A stretch of 64,000 nucleotides of DNA, from the NCBI GenBank assembly GCA_051294375.1, contig CM119268.1:8976733-9040732 (forward strand). The letters are read 5' to 3'. Below the pieces are notes generated by a model, which saw only the letters and a program-made list of their open reading frames with translations, had not been told where the DNA came from and made no database searches. The translations under genes were made by a program, and so were the position numbers. Below, piece by piece: positions 50,362 through 64,000 of this stretch. Source of the DNA: Paraspadella gotoi. Its lineage: Eukaryota > Animalia > Chaetognatha. Each line of letters starts with the position of its first letter. The stretch's first letter is position 1.

Positions 50362-50392
<31 letters not shown>

Positions 50393-50502
50393 CTCTCTCT
50401 CTTTGAAACGACTCGCTAATTGTGTCCATAGCCCCAACTGGCAATTGGATCGCCTTTTCGTCTCGTGTCGTTCATCTCATCTTCTTCGTGCCATCGACTC
50501 TC

Positions 50503-50586
<84 letters not shown>

Positions 50587-53500
50587 TCTCTTTTCTCGCT
50601 CTTCTCTTCCTCTCCTTCCATCCCTCCATCTTCATTAAAACTCCATCTTCACCTCGACTCTTTCGAACTTCCAGCGCCATCTTTCTCCGTCCCTATTTTC
50701 CGGCTCNNNNNNNNNNNNNNNNNNNNNNNNNNNNNNNNNNNNNNNNNNNNNNNNNNNNNNNNNNNNNNNNNNNNNNNNNNNNNNNNNNNNNNNNNNNNNN
50801 NNNNNNNNNNNNNNNNNNNNNNNNNNNNNNNNNNNNNNNNNNNNNNNNNNNNNNNNNNNNNNNNNNNNNNNNNNNNNNNNNNNNNNNNNNNNNNNNNNNN
50901 NNNNNNNNNNNNNNNNNNNNNNNNNNNNNNNNNNNNNNNNNNNNNNNNNNNNNNNNNNNNNNNNNNNNNNNNNNNNNNNNNNNNNNNNNNNNNNNNNNNN
51001 NNNNNNNNNNNNNNNNNNNNNNNNNNNNNNNNNNNNNNNNNNNNNNNNNNNNNNNNNNNNNNNNNNNNNNNNNNNNNNNNNNNNNNNNNNNNNNNNNNNN
51101 NNNNNNNNNNNNNNNNNNNNNNNNNNNNNNNNNNNNNNNNNNNNNNNNNNNNNNNNNNNNNNNNNNNNNNNNNNNNNNNNNNNNNNNNNNNNNNNNNNNN
51201 NNNNNNNNNNNNNNNNNNNNNNNNNNNNNNNNNNNNNNNNNNNNNNNNNNNNNNNNNNNNNNNNNNNNNNNNNNNNNNNNNNNNNNNNNNNNNNNNNNNN
51301 NNNNNNNNNNNNNNNNNNNNNNNNNNNNNNNNNNNNNNNNNNNNNNNNNNNNNNNNNNNNNNNNNNNNNNNNNNNNNNNNNNNNNNNNNNNNNNNNNNNN
51401 NNNNNNNNNNNNNNNNNNNNNNNNNNNNNNNNNNNNNNNNNNNNNNNNNNNNNNNNNNNNNNNNNNNNNNNNNNNNNNNNNNNNNNNNNNNNNNNNNNNN
51501 NNNNNNNNNNNNNNNNNNNNNNNNNNNNNNNNNNNNNNNNNNNNNNNNNNNNNNNNNNNNNNNNNNNNNNNNNNNNNNNNNNNNNNNNNNNNNNNNNNNN
51601 NNNNNNNNNNNNNNNNNNNNNNNNNNNNNNNNNNNNNNNNNNNNTCCCTCTCCCTCTCTCTCATAACCTTCCACCTCTTTTCATTACCTGCAAAGACGTC
51701 AAGCCTCTCGCCGTCTCTCTCGGCTTCCCGGCTTCCCGCTTACTGCCCTTCCGGCTTCCCGGGTTCCTACCTCCGGCTCCCGACCCTTAGCCCCTTCTCC
51801 CCGCGGACTCTTCTTCCTCCGGTGAATTCTTAAAGAGGCCGAAAATCGGGAATAACGCGCGGGTAAGGTCCGGGTCGAATGACGCACCCATGGGACTTAG
51901 ATGTGGCACCCATGGGGACCCGATCGGGCGCCCATTGGCCGAGTAGACGCGGTTGGAAGAAAGGCACTGAAAGAGACCAACGGTCGATTTAAATAACCAA
52001 ATGTTGTGCTTTTTTGATATCTTTTTAAATGTCGATTTGATATATTGACTATTCTGAAATTAAACTTTTATAAATCTTTACAAACGACAGTAATTAAGCT
52101 TCTTCAAGGTTTTATTTGACTATTACAACTTTCAAATATATTTTTTTTCAATGTGTTCACCTACGCAATGATCAAAAATACTGGCAAAAAAATGGATGTC
52201 TCCAAACATTGAAAAAATGTTCAAGGAAAGAAGTCCAACATTCCGCTCTCTAAAATAACCAAATGACCATTGACCGACATTCACATTGTCTCTCACGTTT
52301 TGTGGCATTTCTTCCTTCTCTGTTTCCCTTTAAATCCTCGTCCAAAGATTTCACCTGCCATCGACGATCGAACGGGGTTGATTTTTATTAGGTCAACCCC
52401 CCCGCCATTCTCTCTTCCCCACGGGGGCGACCATCTTTATACCCCTAAGTGGGGGTGTGGGGTCAACCCCGTTCTCTCTCGATGCGCCGGCCCTCCTGGG
52501 GTCATTCGGTTCCACCGCGGGGTCACCGAGGTCCTCGGCGAACCATAAGCGTTGGAATAGGAATGAGGTGCGAGTCTCGACTGCCTGCGGCGACAAGCAG
52601 AGGATGTTTGGACGCGTGAATGGAAGATGCCTGGAGGGGGAGAAGGGGTTTCGGCGGGATGGGAAGGGAGTCGGGGTAACGGGGTGTAGAAAAGACTGAG
52701 TCATCGCCGGGAGTTTGATTCGTTGTTTTGATTTGAAGGTTTTCGGAGGTTCAACGTTTCGCTTAAGTATTCCACCTTAAGGTTCCATTCCGTTTTGTTC
52801 CATTCTATTCCATTTTCATACATTTCATATTTCGAGTCCCATGTCTCGGATCCATTATCCAAGTAAATAAACATTGTGGGGTTTGAAGACAGAAACTAAA
52901 GAGACATTAACGTGGAAAGAAAGTGTACCTTTGTTTTTGGTTTTTTTTTTCGTTTCGGTTTCCCTTTTTTTTCCGCCGCTAGTGAGCGTCGGCACCAACG
53001 ATTTCCTTCTCTCTTGCCGAAAACGTTTTCGCCGGAAATGGTGCTCAGAGATGGCGAAAAAGAAAGAAAGTGAAAAAAAAAAAGGAGAGAAAGAAAGATG
53101 GAAAAAGGGAGAGAAAGAAAGATGGGGGAAAAAAAGAAAAGAGGGAAGGAAAGAGAGAGAAAAGTAAAGAAAGAAAGAGAGAAAAAAGGAGAGAATGAAA
53201 AGGAGAATGAGAGAAAGAAATAGTTAGATAGTAGAAAGAAATAAAAGCGAAAAAATATCCGTTCTAAATATTTCTCGGGAGAAGCCGTCATTCCCTATTC
53301 TACTACAAAAATATGAAGATGAAACATTCATCTTCTCACGAAAATCAGGTCTCGAGCGCCATCTTGAATCTTGATAAGAAACCGAGCATATTCGAGCGCA
53401 GCGACATTTCTGAGCAGAATTTCCGACTCAGCAAAAAAAAAAAGAGAGAAACCCAAAGATGGAAATCATTACAAGTTTCGCCGGAATGTGGAGGAAAGTC

Positions 53501-55325
53501 CGCTTCCTAGAGATTGGCCGAAACCAAACAATGTTTGGAATTTTAATAACTTAAAATCTCATATTTTTATGGTTTGAAAGAAATGATAATGTCGTGCGCG
53601 TATCCTACAGAGCAGTGAACAGATATTATTCCTTTATAGAAGAGCGGAAAGAATGTTTGGGTTCGTAAATACCGAAATATTTCGCTTTATTTAGTTATTT
53701 TAAAAATATTTATTTGTATTTTTTAGTACTAGTTTAGCATCATTCTTTAAATATTTTCGTCTTTAGCGAAAAATTAATATGAAATAAAACCGTTGTTTAA
53801 ACAATCTAAAACGTCTTCTATCATCCAAACACAACGAAACGAAATGAAATAACGATGAAATAAAAACTCTAAACGTTTTCATTTTCTACAAATGTAAATT
53901 ATGTAAATTATTTTTCGCATGTCAGACTGAAGAAAACGTTTATTATTCATTTCTCAAAAAAAAAAAAAAGACGTAAACAAACATAAAAAACAATCCAGAC
54001 GCAGTTCGTTTTCTTTATCGTCACGTCGACCATTTATTTCTCTGGTTTTGTTTATTTATGTTTTCTCGTCGGCGACGCTGATTACAGATTTTTAATCAAA
54101 CGGAAAAAACAATAAATAAAAAACAATATTAGGAAAAAAAAATTATCCTATAAAATATCGGAGTGTAAAACGGCCAGAGATGCCTTCTTGTCGCAGGGCA
54201 GGACTCTTCCAATATTCTGGCTCAAAAGATATTTTTTCCAGTCCGAATATTCTTTAAAATGTCCGGCTTTAAAATGTTCCTACGCGAGAAGGAGAGATTA
54301 AAAAAAGATTTTCCGTCTCGTTTTGTCCGAACATTCCTGAAAATAATGTCCGTCTGTCCGTACGCATAAGAGAGAGAGAGATTGGTGCGGTGGCTCGCGT
54401 TCGAGTTCAGATCCAAATGGAGCCCTTATCTCTTATCGACGACGTCTGACATTCTCTTCGCCTCGTTGGTTCCCAGTTCCCCCCCCCCAATCTCCCCCCT
54501 TCTTTTTGCCCCCTTTTCCTTTTCCTCCCCATTTTTTTCTTTTCTTTAATATCCTTTTTTTTTGTCTCCTTTCCTTTACTCTTTCTCTCTTCCTTTTTCG
54601 TATATATTTCCGTTTTCCTTCTCCTTTTTCCCCCATTCACCATTGCAATCCTCCCCTTTCCTCTATCAGTCCTCGCACCCTACCTTTATTGCTTGAGACT
54701 TCGTTTGCCATTTTTTGCGCGTTTTGACGAGGCCTGTACCTTTTTCATCTCTAGTCCCACAGAATGCAGCAAAACTGCAAAACTCCAGTTTGCCCAAGAC
54801 CATTGTTGAGTTTATTAAATTGGTACAAAATAATTTAAAATATAATGAAGCTATCTGTTCCGATGATGTTGAACAGGCTATATTAAACTTATTTAACTAT
54901 GTTTAAAGCCTGATTCAGTGATTCTCTTTTTCAAGAAAATAAGATAGCTGGACCCTACAAGTTTTCAATCAAAACTCTGGCACGGTCTAGTTTAATAACT
55001 AACAGTGTACACCTGGCTTCACCATAAACGAAGTGGTACAATGTGGTACGTGCTACAATTAACACCCTTCTCCCCCTATCTCTCAACTCTACCCCTTCTC
55101 ACCCCCCGCCACTCCTTTTCACCCCCAACACACCTCCCCCCCCCGCTTAAAGCCAGCTCCACCAGCCTCGGTCACGCTTCCCGGTCTCTTAACTCCATTT
55201 AAATTCTTTCCTCGGCGAGAGAGTAAAAATTCTTTTGCATGATAACGTTATTGAGGAGACGTTTTATGGAACTTTATTTCTCGTCTCCATTCCGCGCGGA
55301 GAGAGAGAGAGAGAGAGCAAAAGCT

Positions 55326-55407
<82 letters not shown>

Positions 55408-56813
55408 TATCCTTAATAATCGGAAGAAGTAACTCTCTAGAGTGGGAGCGACGTCGCTTGTTGAAATATTTATTTTCTCAAAACTCAATTTTTTTTTATT
55501 GTTGAAAAACTTGAAATTGAAAGGAGGATAATTATGGCTTTTCTTGCTGAGTTGTTCACACTACGCAAAACACGTTACTTACGGCAATATTAAACGAACG
55601 GCTTTAAAGATAAAAAGTTATTTTTTTTACGCTTTGGTTTTCACATTAAACGTGTTTGCCACGTATTTGCTAGTTGGACTGATCTAGCATTCGTCTAGAA
55701 AGACTAGACCCTATTTTTTCCCACAACTGGAAAAAGATTTCGCAAAATCTACCGCCTTTCTCCATCTCGGCTTATCCCTAAAAATGCCCTTTTTTTTTGG
55801 TCGTCATCGTTGTCAGCTTCTTAATTCTTATCTGGTTTTGCTTTCGATTCCTACTTTATCTCACCAAATCCCTTACCCTTACTTCACTCACCATTTTTTC
55901 TACGAATGAACCTTATCTTTTTTTGTCTTTCGAAGCTCACCCCACCCCAGACCACACCCAGACTTCCTAACTCAACGGGGTTAACTTACCCTCACCTCTT
56001 TCTATTATCTAGCTCTTAGCATTCACGCGCCACCAAGCAGGAAGGGTTAACGTTCGAATCCACTCTGTCAGCCTTTAACCATCTACCCTTTTCCCTTTTT
56101 TTTTCCCCGCCAGGTTAAAAGAAAAAAAATCGTTTTCCTTTTCATCGACTTTTCCTTAAATACTTTTCCTTTTCTTATAATATGTTCTTTCCGTCTTTCA
56201 ATACCATTATTTTGTAATCTTTTCCTTTCCTTTTAACCATTTTTATTTTCTTATTCCATCGTCTTTTTTCGTCACCGGTTTTTTTTCTTTCACGGTAAAA
56301 GAGGTTCTTTCTCTAACCGCCCCCTCAAAAAAAAAAAAAAAAAAAAACCGTGTTGGCGCTTTGGAAGTAAAAAAAAAAAATTATCGGTTTAATGTTTCAT
56401 CGGTTCGCGAATAGAATTTTATTCTCCCAAGAATCAGAGTGAGAAAAACGTTGAGAGAGAAAGAATGGCAACATCAAGAATTAGAATTTCAATTTCCTGT
56501 AAAAACTACTACGATTTTACGACTCGAGATTCGCTTCTCTTTCTCTCACTCCCAATCGGGTTAGACCTTCTCACGTCTCACCTTTACAGACCGAGAAATC
56601 ACGTCACAAACATTCCATCCTGCGGCCATAATCTATCAGTTTAACCTTTTGCCTCTCGGCTGCGCAATGTCATTCCCCTTTCTCTATTCGGTCGCCATGT
56701 TTATTTTTTCTCCTCTCTTTGTACAGACGTTTAGTGGCAAACATTAAATGGGCAAGCATTCTTCTACAACTTCTATATGTATATAAATTTTTATATTATC
56801 GTACAAAGTTTGA

Positions 56814-57002
56814 ACCATGCCACATAATCTCTGCCCCTAAAATGTATCATTTACGCCTTTTCTTCACCATATCACAAACTCTCTACCATGCCACTTAATC
56901 TCCACCTAAATAATCTATCACTTCAACCTCCTCCCCCTCATGTCACAAGATCTCTACCATGCCACTTAATCTCTGCCTCAATAATCTATCAGTTAAACCT
57001 CC
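56814..57002 (+). repeat. Minisatellite of about 70 bp, 3 copies
   Basis: ACCATGCCACWTAATCTC recurs at about 56814, 56885 and 56956. Confidence 0.85.
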
Positions 57003-57834
57003 GACTTCCGGCGCCGGGAAAAGTCAGAACCGGAGGATTTTCGTCTCTCGACCCGAATTCGATTCTTCTTCATTGAAATTCGAGTCTCGGCGCCCGATTC
57101 GTGGCGCAGATGTCGCTTTCCGTTTGACTCGCTCTCTTTCTCTCTCTCTATCTTTCTCTCTCTCCCTCACACTTCCTTACCCTCTACGACGAACGGTCCC
57201 TGACCCCCGCTTACTCTCACTGCTTTTCCTTGGCAAGCAATGCTTGCTTCTTTCCTCACGTCATCTCGTGTTTTTATCACTTCTCCTCTCATCTTTTAAA
57301 CTTTCAAGATCTATCTATCTATTCATCTATATATCTATCTATCTATCTATGATCTCTCTCTTCATTTCAACCCTTCCATAACTCTTATATCCTTTTCATT
57401 CGCCCCAGTTCAATCTCTCCTCACTTCGATATCCTTACCTTTAGCCTCACTTAGCCTTCTCTCTCCCTCGCCAACGACTCAGCTTTCAGGGCGTCTTTAG
57501 CGATCTCACTTTTTGACGCTTGAATTCCCGACTTATTTTAAACGACTTGAGCATTTACAGTTGGATCGCGTTAAAGCGAAATTGCTTGGTAACTTTAGTT
57601 GGTCTAAGCTTACTGCTTAGGGATGTTTAATATTTAAGGCTGGCAGCGTTAATCAATACATGGTTAATCAAAATAAGTTATATGAATAAGTAAATAAGTA
57701 CCGATTGTATATAAAACAAAGTTAACTAAAAATAAAAACAATGACGAAAAAACAAGGGTGAAAAAAAAAACAGTTCATTTGAGATTCATAGTTTCGGTTT
57801 TTTGTCATAATCATGAATGATGTTCGTCGCCTCC

Positions 57835-57869
<35 letters not shown>

Positions 57870-58152
57870 CTTCTTGTCTTCTTGTCCCCCATCGTCGTCT
57901 GTTGTCGTCGTCACATTAAGAGTCACCCACGTTGACCCCATAGTTTTTCGTCGGCGACGGCGAAGGCCGGGTTGTCATGGTAACGGAAAAACAGAGGCGG
58001 CCATTTTTTGTTTTCGACGTAACCATGAGTTACGAGGCCGGGCGTGGGCCCGGAGGGGAAGATTCACTAAATTTTCCTCTCTACTCTCATCTAGCTCCTC
58101 TCTATCTCTCTCGTCTCATCCTCGATCTTTCTCTCTCTACTCTCTCTCTCTC

Positions 58153-58199
<47 letters not shown>

Positions 58200-58279
58200 G
58201 TCTCCCTCTCTCTCCTTTCTCACCATCTTTTTTCCTAATACATTTCTCTTAGTCTTCGTCTCATCGAATATTGTTTCCA

Positions 58280-58316
<37 letters not shown>

Positions 58317-59279
58317 CTCTCCTCTCTCTCTCTCTCTTCTCTCACCTCATCTCTACCTCGTCTCTCTCTCTCTCCATTATGGATTCTGGATGCGAGATGA
58401 CGTCTTCCCTTTTTTATTGTGGATTTTTTCCGCTAGTATCGTAAATCCCCGTTTGGTTTCCCTCTGCTCGTCTGAGTGAGTGAGTTAGCTTTTGGGTAAA
58501 GGAGCGTGGGTGCCCGAGTGTGGATGTTTGTTGTGGGAAGGTAAGAATTATAGGCTTCGGTTTTGCTTTCCGATTAGTTTTGAGTGGGCGTCGTTCAAAT
58601 AGTGGCCTCTATATTTGAGTGCCTGTCGCTTTTCATGTTTTATCTTTTTCTTGGTGCGTTATTTGATAGATTTAATGCATTGTATAAACTCGATTGCGTC
58701 GCTAGTATACGCATTACTCAAATACCCTTACATGGTCTCAATTACGATAATATTAGCAATTGTTTGCGTCACATATATATGCGACTCAATCTAAATGTTT
58801 TGCTGTTTTTTATTTTGTTGTTTTGTTGTTCGGTTTCTTTTTTTTTTTTTTTTTTTTTTGTAATCGTGGGTCTTGTTTTATCTTCTTTTCCGCTTTTGTT
58901 TACTATTTTCTCGTTTTTTTCCCGAAGGTTTCTTATCCTTTCCTTTCCTTTTCCCTTTTTTTTACTTTACTTTCCTATTTTACTTACCTTTCTTTTTCAC
59001 TTTCCTTTTCTATTCATTTTTTTTATTTTGGGGGTATTTTCTGCCACAACACTAATTTTTTATTCCTCTCCCTATTCAGACTTCAGTTCATTTTAATCTT
59101 ATTTTAATTTTGAAAAAAAATGAAAATCCAACGTTTTCCCTTTTGTTGTCGAAAACGAGAACATAGACTCTCTATTTTCGCCCTCTAACGTCATTCGATG
59201 AAGTTTTTTAGGGAAAACACCATCTTGATTCCTCTTCACCCGACGCCGACGGTTTACGATATCCTTCTAATGGAACGCG

Positions 59280-59320
<41 letters not shown>

Positions 59321-60388
59321 CTTCTCCTCTCTCTCATCTCTCTCTCTCTCTCCAAGCCACAACATTGAACAACAGTGAAGATTCCTTTTACTGTCTTCTG
59401 CTTCTAGATGTAAAATAAAGATTGAGTTGGAGTGAGAGATTGTCTTCAATCTTTCTTCTTTTATTTACGAAATGAAGGCGTCTCTCAACCCATTAACCAT
59501 GAAATCCATCTGAGCCAAGATTTTACAAATTCCATATTACTTACACACCACAATCGTTGAATTTGTTGCTGAATTGGTCAGCGGGGGATGTAATGCCATT
59601 TTGTTATTGGTGTCTTTTTTGCTCTTAACTGAACAATACTTCTTTCAACAGAAAATTTTTTTCTTGACAATAAAAAATCATGAAAACGACTCGTACCTCA
59701 ACAAACTAGTGACTGCGACGATGAGATAACATTTAATATTTAACCTAAATCTCTTATTATATTCGGCGATAATTTGGAACCGACCTTTTTCGTTCGAACC
59801 AGTTATGTTGACCTCGATCGCTTTAAATAAATCTATTTTGCGTTCGATACTCAAGAGATGGAATCGAATCCATAAAAATCTCATTCGAAGAGAAAATGGA
59901 ATTTCTTCGATTATCTTAGGCGCAAAACTCATTTCCTTAGTCCCTTACCTTTTACCCTCTTTTCAATCTACAAACCTTCTTTGTCATCAAATGGCTTCAG
60001 CACTGACTTACCGTTCGCATTCTCTGTCGTCCTCTCTCCTCAGCTCGCCCCAAAGTTCACTTACCCTCTCTCTCACCTTATTTTTTTATCTCGCAAGTTA
60101 TCTACCTATATTTTCCACCACCCAGCAGCTAAGCATAATCTCCCTCACATCTGAATTCACTCACCTCAAGTTTAGTCAAAACACAAAGCAACCAGCCCAC
60201 CATCTTTCTTTTATTCCAACCCCAACCCCATCCAACCAATCACCACCCCCATCCAACCAATCACCACTCTCCTTCAGCCTCGCACCCTCTCCTCGCCCAC
60301 AAAGTAAATTTGCTCCTCGGCAGGTTTTCGCTCTCCATTTAAAAAGGGGAGGAGATGGACAATTGATGAAGAGTAGAGAGAGAGAAGA

Positions 60389-60474
<86 letters not shown>

Positions 60475-60651
60475 TATGAGGATTAATGGGCCGCGCCGTT
60501 TCGAAGCGGCTTCAACGGTGATTAATCTAGGGCCCCAACGAGATCATAAGAGTGAGATCAAATAGCTGAGCCGGCTCATCAGTGTCAATAACCCGGAGAC
60601 GAAGTAATAAAGAAAAGATTAGCCTATGATTGCTCAATGCCTATCTCTCGG

Positions 60652-60695
<44 letters not shown>

Positions 60696-62219
60696 TTTTC
60701 TCCAACCTGTTCGATTCTATAGCGACGCTTATCCTGGATAACTCGCTCATTCCTGTCAAAGCGAAACCTCGTATATCCCTTGCATTCTTTGCGCAGCAGA
60801 AGATTTATTTTCCACCGCGGCAGCCGCAGCCGCAGCCACAGCCGACGCCTGAGCCTCCATTGTTTCAATCTCCAGCTCTCTTACTTCCTCGGTCATGGGC
60901 GCCACAGCCGCTATCTTCACCGATGACCACGCTTACAGCGCGACGACGCTGTCGAAGATTTCCCATATCTCGAAGGACGATTAAAGATGTCGCTTTGACA
61001 GACGTCTTCGTTTTCATCCAAGGTGGAACGCCCTCTATCTTGAGTTAGTGAACCCACTGACTTCAACTCCCCTTTCGCTGGAAACCCTTTGGCGCCTGGA
61101 GGATTCCCTGTGGTTTTAATACTTCACATTAATTGGTCTTTCATGAAGTTGAAATCTGGGAGAAAGATAAGTTGATCTGTCAATGTGAGTTTCAAGCATA
61201 TTAGTCGCGGCAAACGTTTCATTTCTTGCCGTGATTTGCTTTAAACGTTCAAATCGACGAGGCCGATGTCTTTTAGCGTCAAAGCGATGAGATCGTTAGC
61301 GAAAGACATTTTCTACTAAAGAGATTCGGTGAAATGTTTTCCTTCGCTTCTTTTATTGTAAATTTGTGATTCTTCGGTTGAGTCACTGAAAAAAAAAAGT
61401 GAAGAAAATCTCCGAGTGATGAATGGAAGTAAAAACCACGGGAGGAGGAGGGATCTCAAGTGTGAATATAAATCCCAGCGGCGTTTGTGATCAAATGCGA
61501 ATAAATCCCCAGTGTTTGTGCCTTGTAAATTTGAGCGCGGAAGGCTGGATCTAATTCTGCGGGCATTAATTACCCGTTGGAGGTTAAACACAGTTATCGA
61601 ATATTTTCTCAGCGCGCTTGATTTAGGTGAAACGGAAAATATATATTTAGCATAAAATAAAATAAAAATAAATCTCGAAAACTAATTTTTTCCCCCCTTT
61701 TTTTTCTTTTACGTTTTCCCGCGCGCGATAAAAGGAAAAAAACAAATGGAGAAAGGACCCAAAGTCAATAAATTCCCTCAAAAGTAAACTTGTTATTTTC
61801 CAGAAAGAAAAAAGTCAACACTTTTTTCTCTCTCTCTTCCATATTCAGGCGCCGAAGGGACCGTTGGATATAATGAAACGAGTCGCTGCCAGAGCAGAGA
61901 GAGAGAGAGAGAGAGATTGAGACAGACGAAGAGGAGAGAGAGAGAGAGGAAGAGAGAGAGAGAGGAGAGAGAGGAGAGAGAGGCCAGAAACCTCGTTTGT
62001 ATCTTCCGCATCAAATAAACCAGAAAGGGACTAACTTTCTCTTTCCTTTTTCCTGAATGAAAGTCGGCGTCTGCCTTCCCCATCTCGATTACAAACAAAA
62101 CACCATTCCGCCTCCGATCATTACCGGGTTCATTTCCGGTCCCAGGGCCGCAGGGGGGTTGGGGGGTATTAGGGGGGGGGGTAGGGGGGTATGGAGGTTA
62201 ATATCGGTTTTAATAACGT

Positions 62220-63705
62220 AGTTCTCTCTCCTCTCTCTCCATCTTTTCTTCTTTTTTTCTCCTCTTTCTTTCTTTTCTCTTCTTCTTTGTTTTTCTTTTC
62301 TTTTATTTTTTCGCTCTCATTCTTTTCTTTCCTTTTCCTCTGTTTTCTCTTCCCTTAATCTCTTTTTCTTTTCTTCTTCTTTTACTCTTTTCTCTTTTTT
62401 TTATTCCTTTCTTTCTCCTATCTGAATCTCTGTCTTTTTCTTTTTTTTTTTTTTTTTTCTCTCTTTTTCTTCCTTCTTTTCTTTCCCCTTTTCTTCCTTT
62501 CTCTTCTTTCTTTTCTCTCTCTCCTCTCTTTTCCCCCTTTCTTTTCTTTTCTTCTCTCTTCTCTTCTTCGCCTTCTCTCTCTCTTTTCTCCTTCCTTTCT
62601 TTTCTTTCCTCCTTACCCGTATCTTTCTTTCCCCTCCGCCTTCTTTCTTCTTCTTCTCCATTCTCCTCCTTCTTTTCTATTCCCTCTCCTTTTTTTCTCT
62701 TTTCTTTCTTTCTTTTTCTTTTTCTCTTTCTTTCTCTTTCTTCCCTCTTCTCCCCTCCTTCTCTTCGGGCCCTCTGCTCTTTCGTCTTCTCTTTTTCTTT
62801 TTCTTCACTTTATTCCACCTTCTTTTTCTCTTCCTTTTTCTTTCTTTTCTTTTTTTCTTTTATCCATTCTCCTCTTTCCTCCTTTTTTCTTACTCCATTT
62901 CTGTTCTAATGTCTCTCTCTTTTCGTGTTTCTCTTTCTTCATTTCTTTCCTTACTCTTGTTCTTCTCTCTTTGTTCTTTTTTTGTTCTTTTCTCGCCTTG
63001 TCTCTTTCTTTTTACTCCTTTCTTTTTCCTTTTTCTTTATGTCGTTTTTTTCTTCTTCTTCTTTCCTCTCGTCTTTTCCGCTTTCTACTTCCCTCTCTCT
63101 TCCTTTTCTCTCTTTCTTTCTTCTCTCTTCTCCACTCCTCTCCTTCTCCTCGTTTTCTTTTTTCTTTCTCTCTTTTTTCTTACTCCTGCTCTTTCCCCTG
63201 TCTTCTTTCTTTTCGACCTCCTCCTTCCTCTCTTGCCGTTTCTCTCCTCCTTCTTTTCTTTCTTTTTTGTCTTTTGCTCGTGTCTTTTCCTTCCGTTCTA
63301 CTCCTCCTCTCTTCTTCTTCTTTTCTTTTTCTTTCCTCTCCCTTTCTTCTCGCTTTCTCATCTTCTGTCTTTTCTCTTCTCCTCTCCTCTCACTCTGCTC
63401 TTCTTTCTCTGATCTTCTCTCTTTCTTGTTTTTCTTTCTTCTTCTGTTCCCTTCTCTCTTTTCTTGTTTCTTGCCTGTTCCATCCCTTTCNNNNNNNNNN
63501 NNNNNNNNNNNNNNNCTTTTCTCTCTTTTTTCTCTCTTTCTTTCTTTTCTTCTTTCTTTCTTTATTTCTTTCTCTCATTCTTTCTTTCTCTTTCTTTCTT
63601 CTTTCTTATCTCTCTTTTCTTTCCTTCTTTCTTTCTTTCTTTTTTTTTNNNNNNNNNNNNNNNNNNNNNNNNNNNNNNNNNNNNNNNNNNNNNNNNNNNN
63701 NNNNT

Positions 63706-63736
<31 letters not shown>

Positions 63737-63740
63737 ATCT
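62220..63740 (+). repeat. Polypyrimidine low-complexity tract of about 1.5 kb
   Basis: Almost only C and T; ends in (TTTC)n; contains small gaps. Confidence 0.95.
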
Positions 63741-64000
63741 ATCCCGAGTTTGAGGAAGGATCATTTTTCGAAAATTTTAACGCTTAAAAAAAAAGCAGAC
63801 AACGTATATTTGTGTTTGTTTTCTGTTGACTAAAACAGGAGATAGTTATGATTTATGGTAGAACTCAGCTCTTCATTATGTACGTATTCTACTCCCGCTA
63901 CCAACGAAAAAAAAAACTGAGTTGAAAACAATAACTGACAGAGTCACAACACTGAATGAGAAATTTTCTCGTCACAACAAAAAATGTGGACTCATTTTTT

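Overview
Eukaryotic DNA, most likely from an invertebrate animal (taxon not determinable). It is AT-rich, dense in (AG)n/(CT)n microsatellites, and comes from an indel-rich draft assembly with many N gaps. Almost all ORFs in the supplied track are microsatellite or gap artefacts; the real coding content is short GC-rich exons. (1) 1-22 kb is a duplicated and rearranged locus of an immunoglobulin-superfamily membrane gene. Exon A occurs 4 times plus once truncated, exons B and C twice. A tRNA-His/Tyr/Ser cluster lies in the A-B intron (3 copies). The exon A + tRNA block is present in both orientations, with breakpoints in inverted (CT)n/(AG)n tracts. (2) 22-23 kb holds a candidate knottin (C-x6-C-x12-CC-x4-C-x5-C) exon on + facing a transglutaminase-like terminal exon on -. 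(3) 23.7-29 kb is a degenerate near-full-length Jockey/I-like LINE. (4) 36.6-37.7 kb holds exons of a diverged Ig paralogue whose transmembrane-exon acceptor is triplicated; the two upstream copies lead straight to a stop codon, one followed by AATAAA. (5) Two non-autonomous TIR elements (8.5-9.6 kb, 44.8-46.8 kb) and several minisatellites and hairpins are present. Copy number, frameshifts and the inversion may be partly assembly or haplotype artefacts and need read-level checks. All assignments are from manual reading; no database search was run.
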